Made by a program: the position numbers and the translations under genes. A stretch of 63,061 bases of DNA, counting the filler, from Pelomyxa schiedti (Eukaryota; Protista; Evosea): the NCBI GenBank assembly GCA_020536535.1. It is 18 parts of 18 records of this genome, joined end to end, with 100 filler letters (N's around TTAATTAATTAA, not from the genome) between each part and the next. Parts side by side here need not be neighbours in the genome. Positions count along the whole stretch, not along the records: positions 16,167 to 29,829 come from JAHLWZ010001189.1; positions 29,930 to 33,256 come from JAHLWZ010001766.1; positions 33,357 to 34,642 come from JAHLWZ010002619.1; positions 34,743 to 35,764 come from JAHLWZ010002989.1; positions 35,865 to 38,126 come from JAHLWZ010000631.1; 13 more parts are not named here. One strand, given 5' to 3'. Below, in pieces: positions 26,273 through 38,226 of this stretch (position 1 is its first letter; the number at the start of each line of letters is the position of its first letter). A model generated the notes under the pieces. That model saw nothing but the letters and a program-made list of their open reading frames with translations, was not told where the DNA came from and searched no databases.

Positions 26273-29200
26273 ATGAGTGTGAATAGGGGCGCACCACCGC
26301 AACCTGGAGGTTTGTTTGTTTGTTCGTTCGTTCGTTCCTGCATTTCTCCTTTTTTTTTTTTTTTTTTTTTTAATGAACGGGGGTTGGGGGGGTGTTGTGT
26401 TAATGTACGTCAACTACAACAACAACAACTACTACTACCACAGGCACACCGCAGCCGGGACAACCAGGCGGCCACGGGCTGATTACGTCGTCGGTGCTGT
26501 GCCAAGGTGTAACGGGGTACACGCAGGGGCCCCCTGGCCCCCGCGCCTACAAACTCACATTCCGTGCTGAGGACCTAGAGGCAAAGGTTGTTGCTTGGTT
26601 CTTGTTGCTTCGTTTTTTTTTTTTTTTTTTTGCCCCTTTTCTTTCCCCGTTCCTCTTGAGTTTTTAAATTGTTGTTGATTGGTGAATAACGCAAACTAAC
26701 TCCAACAGGATGGCTCAAGAATAAAGATGTTCGGAGCTACCTCTGACCCTTTTATCATTATAAAGAACAGCAGTGGAAGGATTTGTGGGAAATCCTCAGT
26801 CGTAATGCGCAACCTGTCACCAACCTGGTAGAGTGTAAACTTAATTTTTTTTCATTCCTAAACGATTCAACTGTGTTCTTTATTTTTTGTTAGGCCCCCT
26901 TTCGAAGTTGATGTTGCACAGTGTGGAGGCATGGACTCGCCTGTAACCTTTGAGGTCATGGACTGGGACAGGTACTAAAGCTGTTCACATTATTCCCAGC
27001 TGGTGTAATTGAGATTCTCATCTTACATTCTAGTGATGGAAGTAATGAAACGATTGGCTCTGTTAGGATCTCCTTGCGAGAGATGACTTCCAACCTTAAT
27101 ACTCCAAGGCAAGTCATCAACAATGCCAAACGTGGGAGAGCTTTCTATACCAACAGTGGGAGACTCATGTTGACTGGCGCAGAGCCTCTCAATGTGGCCT
27201 TGGCAGACTCAAAGGCTTTTACATTTCTATTTGAAGCTCAAGGCTTGTCTATTAAGGATCTGAGTGGCTCTTCAGGTAAAGACAACCCATTTTATCTTCC
27301 CTTAAGAGCCCGGTTTTGACTTCCTCCTTTTTTACAAACCAAACAATAGATCCGTTCTTTGAGATTCACAAAGGTTTTCCTGCTTCCTTAACCTGAAAAT
27401 ACACCCTGACACTTTGCAGCTGGAACAGTTGGCACTGGTGCTAAAGTTCTACTATACAGAAGCAAGCACATAACTAGAAATCTCAAGTAATGTCTTTTTT
27501 TCCCTTGGTGCGAAAACTAAACATAACAAGTCCCCGTTGGGAGCCATTCGAATTTGACCCGCGACAATGTGGAGGAGTTGACGGGCAGATTATCATATCA
27601 GTTTTGGACTGGGATTCAACGGGAGCTCATGTTACTTTATCGTTTTAAACTGCCAAACCTCACTCTCACCCTAGGACATCATAGGGTCCACAACTGTAGC
27701 ACTCAGAGAACTTCTCATTCAGGGCTCGAGATTTCCACTTATTGACTCGAGTGTTTCCAGGTGAGATTACTTGTACCATTGGATCAGGAGTTTTCCCTAA
27801 CTCAATAACAGACCTGGATACCGAAATAGTGGGATCCTGTGTATCACTGAATCAAAGCCATCAACCACAGCGCCTGTAGATCTTTCACTTGCTGTGGAAT
27901 TTATAGTACAAGCTGGTGGTGCTAAGGTCGAAATGCACACAAAGTGATATTGTTTAATTTGTGCTCAGCTTACAAGTCGTGATATGCTAAGCAAGTCGGA
28001 CCCGTTCATGGTTGTTTACAAAGGAAATACCAACACAAAGCTTCATGCAACAGAGGAGTATATGAATAATCCGAATCCCACTTTCAAAGAGTTTCGGTAA
28101 TTTTTTCTAGAAGGGAAGAACAAAAACTGATGTTTATGTGTTTGGTAGGCTCAACATGGGACAAGTTGGTAATATTGACACACCATTAACATGGTATGCT
28201 TACCACACCTCTTTGTTCGACGTCAGTAAAGCAATCAAAGGCAATTTTGGGACTGGGATGGCAATGGGCATCATGACTTGATTGGTGAATGCGTTGTTTC
28301 TGTAAGGGAACTTTCTTTCTGGCGGAACGAGTCGCAGTGGAGGTACCTTTACGTTATTTTATTCACACTTTCTTCTCACAACTATAGAATTCGTGACCCC
28401 ACCCGCACTCACCTTCCTTCATACCACAACTCTGGCTTTCTAGTGATAACAAAACTGGACCCAGTATTCCCAGGCGGATTATCATCTGTATGTACCTAAA
28501 CCGAATCGCTCCTTCTGACTTGGAAACAGCCACCATCATTTGGACCCGGCGGACCAGGAGGATACCCTCCTGGCCCAGGCGGCTACCCTCCAGGGTACCC
28601 TCCTGGTCCGGGAGGATACCCAGGACAACCACAAGGTGCATATCCTCCAGGCCCTGGTGGATACCCAGGGCAACCAGGACAACCAGGGGCCCCACCTACA
28701 GGCCCTGGCGGTTACCCAGGACCACAACCGGGGCAACCCGGACAGCAACCAGGGCAACCTCAAGGTGGATATCCCCCTCCAGGCCCCGGCGGTTACCCAG
28801 GACAACCAGGGCAGCCGCCAGGGCAGCCGCCAGGGCAGCCGCCAGGGCAGCCAGGCTATCCACCATATGGATACCCACCTTACGGCTACCCACCACCAGG
28901 TTACCCACCCTACGGCTATCCCCCACCGGGCTATCCACCATACCCAGGTCAACCAGGTTAGTACCAGTTCTTCAAACCACCATCTAACATATCCCCAGGA
29001 CAACCCAGCCAACCAGGGCAACCCCAACCCAATCCCGGCCAGCCAGGTCCACAAACACAGCCTGGTCAACCCGGACAGCAACCACCAGGTCCGCCCCAGC
29101 AACCCGGTGCATACCCAGGCTACCCACCGTACGGATACCCACCGCAGGGACCCCCGGGGTACCCGCAGTACCCGCCATATGGCTACCCACCACCCGGCGC

Positions 29201-29339
29201 ATACCCCGGCTATCCCCCAGGCCCAGGCCAACAGCCTCCCCCATCACAACCCGGCCAGCAGCCACCACCGCAACAACCAGGCCAACAACCACCCACACAA
29301 CCCCCTGGAAGTACCACAACCACAGCCTCCCACTGGTAA
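26273..29339 (+). CDS. Copine-like triple-C2-domain protein with GYPPQ/PGQ-rich tail, no VWA domain (spliced)
   Basis: Three C2 units: [25 protein letters not shown]; [25 protein letters not shown]; [25 protein letters not shown]. Long Gly-Tyr-Pro-Gln repeats end at TAA 29337-29339. Confidence 0.88.
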
Positions 29340-29432
29340 CATAACTCACACTATCACAAAATACCTTCGCCTATGTACAACCTCAATTCTCATTAAAACT
29401 TTTCGGCCTGTCATCATCGTCAAAATCGAAAA

Positions 29433-29829
29433 ATGGCCACTAGTAGTGATTCAATGAGTGACAGTGAAGTAACAATAACAGGGGACGTTGGAGGGTGGTG
29501 TGTGAAGGAACTAGCCACGTTGCACAGGGTCGCTTTCCCAGTCACCTACACTGAGTCATTTTTCACTGGCCTAGTGTCGTCAAGAGAAAACAAGTTTTGT
29601 AGAGTTGGTATGTCTTGTTTGATGCTGTTGTTGTGTGGCCAGGCAGCCCACAATCTGTTGGAATTTAATGATGCACTGCTTTAGAATTCTTAGTTAATGT
29701 GCTGACTCTTTTTTTTGGGGGTTTTTCTTTCCCTGTTTTGTTCTGTTGTGTTTGTTGCTCCTGCTTTTCCCATTTTAATGTTCTGTTTGTTATCCTTTTT
29801 TTTTTTTTATTATTATTAACTTGTGGTTG
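29433..29829 (+). CDS. NAA50/NAA60-like GNAT N-acetyltransferase (5' fragment)
   Basis: ITGDVGGWCVKELATLHRVAFPVTYTESFF matches the NatE/NatF N-terminus (L..L....FPV.Y...FY). Ends in an intron at the contig break. Confidence 0.7.
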
Positions 29830-29944
29830 NNNNNNNNNNNNNNNNNNNNNNNNNNNNNNNNNNNNNNNNNNNNTTAATTAATTAANNNNNNNNNNNNNNN
29901 NNNNNNNNNNNNNNNNNNNNNNNNNNNNNACTGGGCCAACACCG

Positions 29945-30030
29945 TGACACAAAGTGCGCCATGGTGCCACTTGGCGCACTTTGTGTCATGTCAACCGTCA
30001 GTCCCAAAGTGCGCCGAGTGGCGCACTTTG
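29945..30030. repeat. Palindromic AAAGTGCGCC/GGCGCACTTT repeat cluster (left)
   Basis: Perfect 17-bp inverted repeat 29945-29961/29972-29988 and an 11-bp inverted repeat 30005-30015/30020-30030. Confidence 0.9.
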
Positions 30031-31721
30031 TGTTTGCTCTATGCCGATGCCGGGAAACGTGAACTTGTGAGTGTGCTGCTGACTGTCGTTCACTCACCGT
30101 GTCAATTTCGGTTGTGTGCTGGGTGTTTGGTGAGGGGGAGGGGAGGCAATTGGTTGGGGGTGATGTCTCTGGTGGGTGAGGGTGATGTCTCTGATTCTGG
30201 ATCTCATCCATCCCTACATATGCCATGGAGGTCTCCCAGGGAGCCGAAATTGCAGGAATGACACCACCCCACAACCAACCAATGTGTCTTTCTCAACTGT
30301 TGGCAGCGGTGTGTGTGTCATGCCTGTAACAAGTGGAAACCTCCTGCTGCTGGGGTGTGTTCCTGGAGGAAATTAAGGATGGTCATCGATACTCTTGATC
30401 TGTTTGATTTCTGATTTCACTGAACACACCAAGGTGCGCCAAAAGTTAACCAGGCTGTGTTTAGTGGATTCTCACTGCCGAGGGTGGCACACTCAAAGTC
30501 TCAGTGGCTTCTCAGTCACAACCAACACTTCCCACAATTTGAGTTGGACTCATTCTAGGGACAGAGCAAATACTGAATGTTTTACACAAATAGAATGAAT
30601 TTTGTGTACTTCCACAAAGTACACGAACTCGGCCTTGCTCGCGAGGCTCTGAAGTCTGGCGCACTTTAGCGGGATTGGAGAGACTGAGGACTGAGGCGAA
30701 TCTGGACTATTACCAGAATGAGACAGCGAAGGTAATGATCAGCGCACAGCACAGCTGGGCGCACAAATACAGCAACAACAACGTGGCAGGCGGTTTTGAT
30801 TATGTGCACACTTGTCCGAGAATCCATTTGAACATCGCAGCCTTTTAACCCAATCGCACAACCGCTCTGCGAGATTTTACACACTCCCTTTTTATCCCCT
30901 TACAACAACGAACAAACAAACAAGAGAACCCTTTATTCTCTTCACTCTCACTCGTTTTCTTCCTCTGTGGGACTTATTCTCGAGCCCACAGAAGCTAACA
31001 ATTTGGTTGATGTGGTTAGCTTTAAGGCCACATTTAGGAAACACCCTTCCTTATTCCAGTTAATCTGTTTGGAAAGAAAATATCACAGAGGGAAAAAAAC
31101 GAAAGAGAGTTCAAGGTTCTCTTGCTTGGGAGATTTTCCCACTTTTCTTCCTCTGTGGGACTCATTCTTGAGCCAACAGAAGCCACGCTGTTGTTCAATT
31201 CTCACTCAGTCAATATTATCTTGGAATCAATCACCACTGCAGTCCACATTAGTGTGTTCTGTGTCACAATGGTCACTGCCTTAATTCCATCAAGCCTGCA
31301 TTAACTCTTGAGAATCAAGATTCAGACAGAGCGTTCGTCGTGCTCCAGCTAGTGTACTTCATACAGTACAATTCCCTGAAGCCCATCAGATCCTCACTTG
31401 ATCAGTCCATCAAGAGTCCCAGAAGCAAGGTTGGGCACAAGATGTGTGGTTTAGGGGAGGAATACACAGGATGTTGCCTTCGTGTGTTATTAGCACTCTC
31501 ACAATTTTTCCTCTTAACTACTAGACAAAACAGATGGTTCTCTTGTTCATTCTTGATTTGGCTCAGCTCTCAGTCTTCAAGCAAGGCCAAGTTAATGTAC
31601 TTTGTGGAGTACAGAAAGGGTATCTGTTCATGAACTCACTGAAGAGGGCCATGATTAGCTAGTTGTCCCACAAACGAGATTCCCTGAATCCAGCCCATCA
31701 CAATTATGGGAAAATTGCTAA

Positions 31722-32190
31722 GACTGGTTCTCCATCCCACATCAACCAAACACCGCAACAACAAGGGTAATATGTACCCCTTGTTATGGGGTGCAGAACC
31801 GCACTACAAGCAACAGTGGGAACCAACACCACAGGGAGAACGAATGAGAGATCAGCAGATTGAATTGCAGGAACATTGCTAAGGCTGGTTCTCCATACAA
31901 TATCAACCAAACACTGAAACAACAACGAAATTATGTACCCCTTGTTATGAGGTACAGAACCGAACTACTGGAAACAATGGGCACCAACACCACAGGGAGA
32001 ACGAAGCCATCAAGAATAGATTTGTTTTCTGTGAATGTGAACTGAGCCGAATTCGGGAAGAGGGCTGGTTCTCCCTCCCACAGCAACCGAACAACGCACC
32101 AACAACGGGAATATGTACCCATAGTTATGGGGCGTACAATGACACCACTGCCAACAGTGGGAACCAACACCAGACCGAGAACAAGACCCA
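31722..32190. repeat. Three diverged tandem repeats (about 160-180-bp period)
   Basis: Each unit reads ctggttctcc..tatgtaccc..gttatg..accaacacca..gagaac. Units start near 31722, 31883 and 32062. Confidence 0.85.
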
Positions 32191-32387
32191 TCAAAAAATT
32201 GATTTGTATCCAAAAAAAAAACGATGTGGTTCTTGCTGTTGTGTGGTCACACCGCGCAGTGAGTGATGTGGTTGCGTGTGTTGTGCAAAGGGGTCTCCAG
32301 TCTGGTGGTTTTTGTGCCAAACGGTTGCTGTCGGGCCAAGAACGACAACCCTTTTCATCGGCACGAATCACCAAATTACTTGTCGAC

Positions 32388-32601
32388 AAGTGCGCCGCGG
32401 CGCACTTTGTGTTTTGGAAGAGGACTTTTCACGTGACCCGAAGTGCGCCAGTGGTACACTTTGGGTTTCGATTTCTCGGAAAAAAAAAACACAAAGTGCG
32501 CCCGGCGCAGTTCGAAACTGCGCCGACCCAAAAAATGGTAGGCGCACTTTGTGTTTTACAGAGCAATTTTCCTGTGGTTCAAAGTGCGCCACCGTGCGCC
32601 A
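32388..32601. repeat. Palindromic AAGTGCGCC/GGCGCACTT repeat cluster (right)
   Basis: About ten exact or degenerate copies in both orientations, e.g. AAGTGCGCC-gc-GGCGCACTT at 32388-32407. Confidence 0.9.
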
Positions 32602-32880
32602 GTTATGTCTTCGCCAACAGCAAGGTGAATTGGAGGCCCAGTGCCATGCGTAGGCCAGCTGTGCCCCATAATTCGCCGTTTTCGATGTACCTTGCATTTT
32701 TGAGAGTGGGGGGGAGCAATTTTTCGGCCAGTCACAATCAGATACTGGCGCTGCCTTATGGAGGCCCAAGCTCAACCTCACAGATCAGAAGGAACAACTT
32801 GCTCGGGGTTTTATGAACACAAGTCACTTTTTCTTTGACTGTTCAGGATTCAAAAATGTGATGATGGGGCACAAGTTGTG

Positions 32881-33256
32881 TCAGGTTAAGAAACACGAGA
32901 AAGGCGTGGAAGTGAGGAATTCTGAACCGCACCCAGGAAAAGAGATTGTGAGGACAAGGAATCCAGATGTTGGCTCAATAACATCAACCGTGTTGGCAGA
33001 CAGAAGGAAGACGAATCCAGACTCTGCAAAGAACCTCCTGTGGGCTGCCCGGTCCACATCACACGTGGCACCATCAGTATCACTGCCAACAATGCCACCA
33101 CCACCTCCCTTGAGTGGTGTGTTTTCGTCTTGGAAGTTCTGAAGGACATCCAGTGGAACAGTGGGCTTGTCACGGTGATAGATTGTGAACCATTCCTGAG
33201 GCTCTTCGTTGTTTGGGCGGAATGACACACAGAACAGTGGGTCAGACACCCTGAAT
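32881..33256 (-). CDS. 3' fragment of a lineage-specific family member (mosaic)
   Basis: RVSDPLFCVSF..FTIYHRD..AESGFVF..VIEPTSGFLVLTISFP..STPFSCFLT is paralogous to the 35882-36424 C-terminus. Confidence 0.8.
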
Positions 33257-33401
33257 NNNNNNNNNNNNNNNNNNNNNNNNNNNNNNNNNNNNNNNNNNNN
33301 TTAATTAATTAANNNNNNNNNNNNNNNNNNNNNNNNNNNNNNNNNNNNNNNNNNNNACTCGTTTTTTTATGTCTATTGAGCAGAAAGGAAGACGAATTAT
33401 T

Positions 33402-34431
33402 TACTCATGTGTTTTCTGGTGCTTTGGCATAGTATACACCTTGTAACGCATCGTGCCAGGACCTGACTTTCTCGACTTCTTTCTTCTGTTTGTTCTAGAA
33501 TGTCCATCATCGCAGAATACAATCTGTATGTAATAGGTGTGCAGGGTTAGCTTAAGTTTCACCAACTTGGTTCCTCAGCCTCACAACACAAGCACAACAA
33601 TCAACAGAGTGATACCTCGCCTGCCTCTCGGTGGCAACGAGGGCACAATGTCGTGCCGCTCTCAGGGTCCCAGAGCGCCCCACCGAGCCCACAATGGACG
33701 CATATATGGGGGGACATTGGTCTCACCCCTATGCCTCCGGCCTTCACCAGTATCTCGTGGAACTGCGGCTCGGTGTGGTCGCCCTTTTCTCGCACTGTGA
33801 GCCCGTCTAGTAACCCTCCTTCAAAGGCTTCATCCCCCTCGTCACTGAGAAGATCCTGCAAATAGGTGTTTGGACAACTTGGTTCCTGGGCCTCACAATA
33901 AAACCACCAGAGTCATACCTCGCCTGCCTCTCGGTGGCAACGAGGGCACAATGTCTTTCCGCTCTCAGTGTCCCACGACAACTCCGCGCCGGCCCCACAA
34001 TTGCCGCATTCATTGGCGGGCATTGGTGCGGGGAAGACCAGTCTCTCGTGGGTCTGCGGCTCGCTGAGTGGCGTGCTCGGCTCCGAGGTGTAGTCGCGCT
34101 TTTCTCGCGCCGTGAGCTCGCCTAGGAACCCTCCTTCAAAAGCTTCGTCACTGAGAAGAGGAAAATGTGCCTTTGGCCAACTTAGTTCTGAAGCTCTCAA
34201 CGAAAACAAAAAACAACAGAGACATACCTCGCCCACATCTTTGCGACAACGAGGGCACAATGACCTGCCGCTCTCGGTGTCCCACGACGAGCCGCTCCCA
34301 CAATTGCCGCTTCGACCGGTGGGCGGGGTTGGTTCTCCCTTTTCTGCCGCTGCGTGTTGTAGTTCTTGGGCTTCTGCATCTTCTAAGGCGAGGCCGGCCC
34401 CGGTTTCGAGGTCTACAAGGACGCGGGACAT
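33402..34431 (-). CDS. Small protein with three exon-encoded TFIIB-like zinc ribbons
   Basis: SGNCGSGSSWDTESGRSLCPRC, ECGNCGAGAELSWDTESGKTLCPRC and ICVHCGLGGALWDPESGTTLCPRC. Each module ends GE followed by a GTA donor. Confidence 0.65.
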
Positions 34432-34742
34432 GTAAAGTCTCGTTTTTTTTGTGAGAAAAAAAAAGCGGCGATTTCTTTTGTATTTATAGCATCTTAATTC
34501 CTACCAGATTTCCGCTGCGTCCCTCAACTAGCAGATGTACTCCTCAGAGTACTTGGGACTCCGCTGTGGCGTCCCGCATGCGAGTACTTCAGGTAGCGCG
34601 AGTCGCAGGAAGTGTGCATCTGAACCACCATCGGGGAAATTCNNNNNNNNNNNNNNNNNNNNNNNNNNNNNNNNNNNNNNNNNNNNTTAATTAATTAANN
34701 NNNNNNNNNNNNNNNNNNNNNNNNNNNNNNNNNNNNNNNNNN

Positions 34743-35358
34743 TCAGGCAATTGCGCAGTGAATTCCTCCCAGGAACCGGTTCCTTCCCCGTGAAGAATAA
34801 GTTGTTCATCCCGGGTGACTTCACAAAGCAGAAAATCACTGATTCCCTTTTGTACTAGAAAAAAATAAGAAATTGAGAGTGCCACCCTCCATAAACACAA
34901 AGAACCAACCTCTCCTAAACGCAGAATTTATAGTGGTTGGTCTAAGCCACTCCAGAATCATCCTCATTCCATCCTGTCCAATAGTCCTCACATTACTACA
35001 CCATAAATAGAAATAAAAAAAAAAAAAAGTTAGTCCCTTGGTTTGCTGGGAAGTATCCCATAATCCCCCCACACACAACAGACACGGACCTATTAGCGCC
35101 GCATCTGTGATGCTGTGCTGCGAGGAACGCCACCTCGCACGCCCGCCTCGCCGCCGCAACCAACGGCGACTCGAAGTTGCCGCCCACGCGAGTCACCACC
35201 GTCATCTTGCTGTTGTGCCCCCGCCCCCCGTCGTGCGGCGACACCGTGGGCCCCTCAACAGCCCCCCCCGGCGCCGGCGGTGGTGGTGGCGGAGGCGGCG
35301 GTGGGATCTCTGTAGGAGCGGTGTCCCCTGCTGCGTTGCTGTTGCTGTTGTCTGCCAT
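34743..35358 (-). CDS. 5' fragment of a spliced gene carrying the family module
   Basis: Splicing AG|gtcc..tag|T gives EVAFLAAQHHRCGANSNVRTIGQDGMRMILEWL. Confidence 0.7.
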
Positions 35359-35881
35359 GTCCTGCTGTGTTACGGTTTTTTTTTTCTCCTCTGAGAGTGG
35401 TTTTTGTCGTTCGGGTTTTTACGGTAAAGTGGAAGATCTGTTCATGCTAAACGGTGGCTATTCTGAGCTCCCAAACAGAAAACCAAGTTTGAGTCCGAAG
35501 TACTCGATCCCACTTGGGGCCCAAGGATATGTTCTCTCGTCTTTTCATTCATGAATGAGCACACGAAAAGGAGGCTGCGCAGCAAGGGTACTCAATCAAA
35601 CAACTCTGAGAATGTCATCGTCATCAGTGGTGGCTACGGGGGCGCAGGTGATACGGGGCACGAGAAAGGACGCCGTGTGCGGTGGCGCACTGCGCTCGTC
35701 GTGTTACGACACTCTGTGCCACGTCCTCGGTGCGCTCGCTCCCCGCCGCATTAAATGTAACAATNNNNNNNNNNNNNNNNNNNNNNNNNNNNNNNNNNNN
35801 NNNNNNNNTTAATTAATTAANNNNNNNNNNNNNNNNNNNNNNNNNNNNNNNNNNNNNNNNNNNNGTTTAAACTTGCGAGGT

Positions 35882-37398
35882 TCAGACCAAGAAGCATGAG
35901 AATGGAGTGCTGAGGTGTATCCACCTGACATCGGGGAAATTGATGACGAGGACAACCCGCCCCGATGTTGGCTCAATGACTTCAATCATGGTGGAAAACA
36001 CCTTGAAGATGAACCCTGTCTGTGCTGTAACACGGAATTTCTTCCTTGGTGTGGATTTCGTTCCCTGAACCAGATTCGGCGTGTGTGCGGTGTTGTCGCG
36101 GTGATAGATTCCGAAAGATCCTTTCAGCTTATTCGTGCAGAAGGAAAGACAGAACAGGGAATCAGACAGCCGAAACACGTCGTCGATGACGTCACACTGG
36201 ATGAGGCCATCTGGGGAAGAACTTGTTCCCCCCTCCGTGAACTTGAGAATTTCATTCCTTCTCTGTTCCCAGATCGCCTTGACCAGGAAAGTGCGTGACC
36301 CATAACTGGGAGAGGACGGGTCGTCCCAGTTCCTCATCACAACGAGAGAGGAGAACGAGTAATCAACAGCAGAAGGGAAATCGCACCTCGTCGTGCTCAA
36401 AACAGCCAACTTCCTGCTGTTGCANNNNNNNNNNNNNNNNNNNNNNNNNNNNNNNNNNNNNNNNNNNNNNNNNNNNNNNNNNNNNNNNNNNNNNNNNNNN
36501 NNNNNNNNNNNNNNNNNNNNNNNNAACTGGGAGAGGACGGGTCGTCCCAGTTCCTCATCACAACGAGAGAGGAGAACGAGTAATCAACAGCAGAAGGGAA
36601 ATCGCACCTCGTCGTGCTCAAAACAGCCAACTTCCTGCTGTTGCATGTCTCCTCCATGTCAACAGCAAGGATCACAGCACCCCTCTCTGTGATTTGAGCC
36701 AGGACAACCTCCCTGTCAACAGACTGGTCCATATAGGCCTGAATAGCAAGGCAACCGGGCACAACCGGCACATCCACAACAACTGCCCTGTCCACATCAC
36801 ACGTGGCACCACCAGTATCACCGCTAACAATACCACCACCTCCCTTGAGTGGTGCAACACTCATTCTCGCAATTCCATCACTTATGCTGCTACTGCCATT
36901 TGTTATTGTTGTTGTAGTGCAGCTGGTGGTTGTTTCGTGGCACATGTTCACACACACCACCCATTTGGTGTTGCAATTTCGTGTACCAGAATTTGGAAGC
37001 TCTGGGAACGGCGGCGGCAGCCCCTTGTAGACTTTGCAGGAGTCGATCGGGGTCGTGGTCACTCGGCCTGGTGACGAAGAGAGGCTCATGAGGAGTGGCG
37101 AGAACGAGAAGTGCAGCAGGAGGTTCCTCGGCACCGAGGAGCGGGAGACGGGCGATGCCATCAGGTCCAGCGTGAAAACCCTGATTGTGGGACGCACGAC
37201 ATCGAGCCACAACATGCGGACGAAAGACGTGGACTGGTCCCGTCCCATAACCCTGAAAATCGCAGACCCGGCGCCGCACCTGGCGATCGTCGCTCCTGCG
37301 GCCAGTGCACCAAGTTGGGCTCGCGTGGTTATTCGGCCGCCAAGTGGTGTCACGTCTCGACACTCGCTGCTCGTGACGCTCCACCTTGTTGTTTGCAT
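35882..37398 (-). CDS. Intronless family member spanning a 100-N gap with duplicated flanks
   Basis: TTRAQLGALAAGATIARCGAGS..FVRMLWLDVVRPT, NCNTKWVVC and C-terminal VIEPTSGRVVLVINFP. About 120 bp on both sides of the gap are identical, so the ORF is probably continuous. Confidence 0.8.
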
Positions 37399-37468
37399 GT
37401 TTTCTTGTTGTTGTTAGTTACCGTAATTTCGTTCTCGTTGTTTGCATTTTTCAGAAACAGTTTTGTCT

Positions 37469-38126
37469 ATGACCGCGTGGAGAGCCGCAGATGAGGCTAC
37501 GTACACTGTGCACATTGAAGCAACCATCACCACGCTCGGCCAACTTGGCGCGCTCGCAGCGGGGGCGATGATCGAGCGGTGCGGAGGAGCCAGCCCGCTG
37601 CAGCGAGTTATGGGACTCGGCCCCGCCACCTCGTTCGTCCGCGCGCTGTGGCGCGACTTGGTGCGTCCCACAATCCGCGCCTTCGTCGTCCAGGTGTCCG
37701 GGTACGACCAAGGTGGCGGCACGAGGTGCCGCTTCCCCAGCGTCTTCAGCGTCTGCTTCAGCCTCTCCCCTCTTCTCCTCAGCGTCGCCGAAGTCCCCAG
37801 GGGCCCCACGCTGCTCCCCATCCGCTTCACCAGGTGGGTCGACGCCACCCGCATAGCACTGGACTCCAAGGCGCACGAGGGCCGCTTCGTTCTCACCGTC
37901 AAAGACGTGGACTCTGGCTCCGAGGTCACGTGCGTGCGCGGGCCCCCGAGTTCCGCCGCCGAGCACGGCCACGAATTTTCCGTGAACGCCAAGTGGGCGG
38001 CCGTCGTGAGGTATGACAGAAGGGGTGAAAGCACAGAACATCCCACGTTGACAGTGGCTGGGATAAAGAAGAAGGAGGGAGAGGCTACCACCGCTGCTGC
38101 TGCTGCTGGTGGCCAGAAATGTGTTG
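37469..38126 (+). CDS. Intronless family member (5' part), head-to-head with the previous gene
   Basis: TTLGQLGALAAGAMIERCGGASPL..FVRALWRDLVRPT..FSLSPLLLSV..SVNAKWAAV. Confidence 0.8.
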
Positions 38127-38226
38127 NNNNNNNNNNNNNNNNNNNNNNNNNNNNNNNNNNNNNNNNNNNNTTAATTAATTAANNNNNNNNNNNNNNNNNN
38201 NNNNNNNNNNNNNNNNNNNNNNNNNN

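Noticed and set aside
28536-29457. Long alternative-frame and antisense ORFs (231 and 305 aa)
   Set aside because: They are shadows of the GYPP/PGQ repeat. The same applies to the antisense ORFs at 161-574, 8273-8755 and 12211-13056.
29945-32601. CRISPR array
   Set aside because: The repeats are only 9-17 bp, irregularly spaced and in both orientations, and no cas genes are present.
36304-36645. Direct repeat of about 120 bp around a 100-N gap
   Set aside because: Identical flanks on both sides of a scaffold gap indicate an unmerged overlap, not a true duplication.
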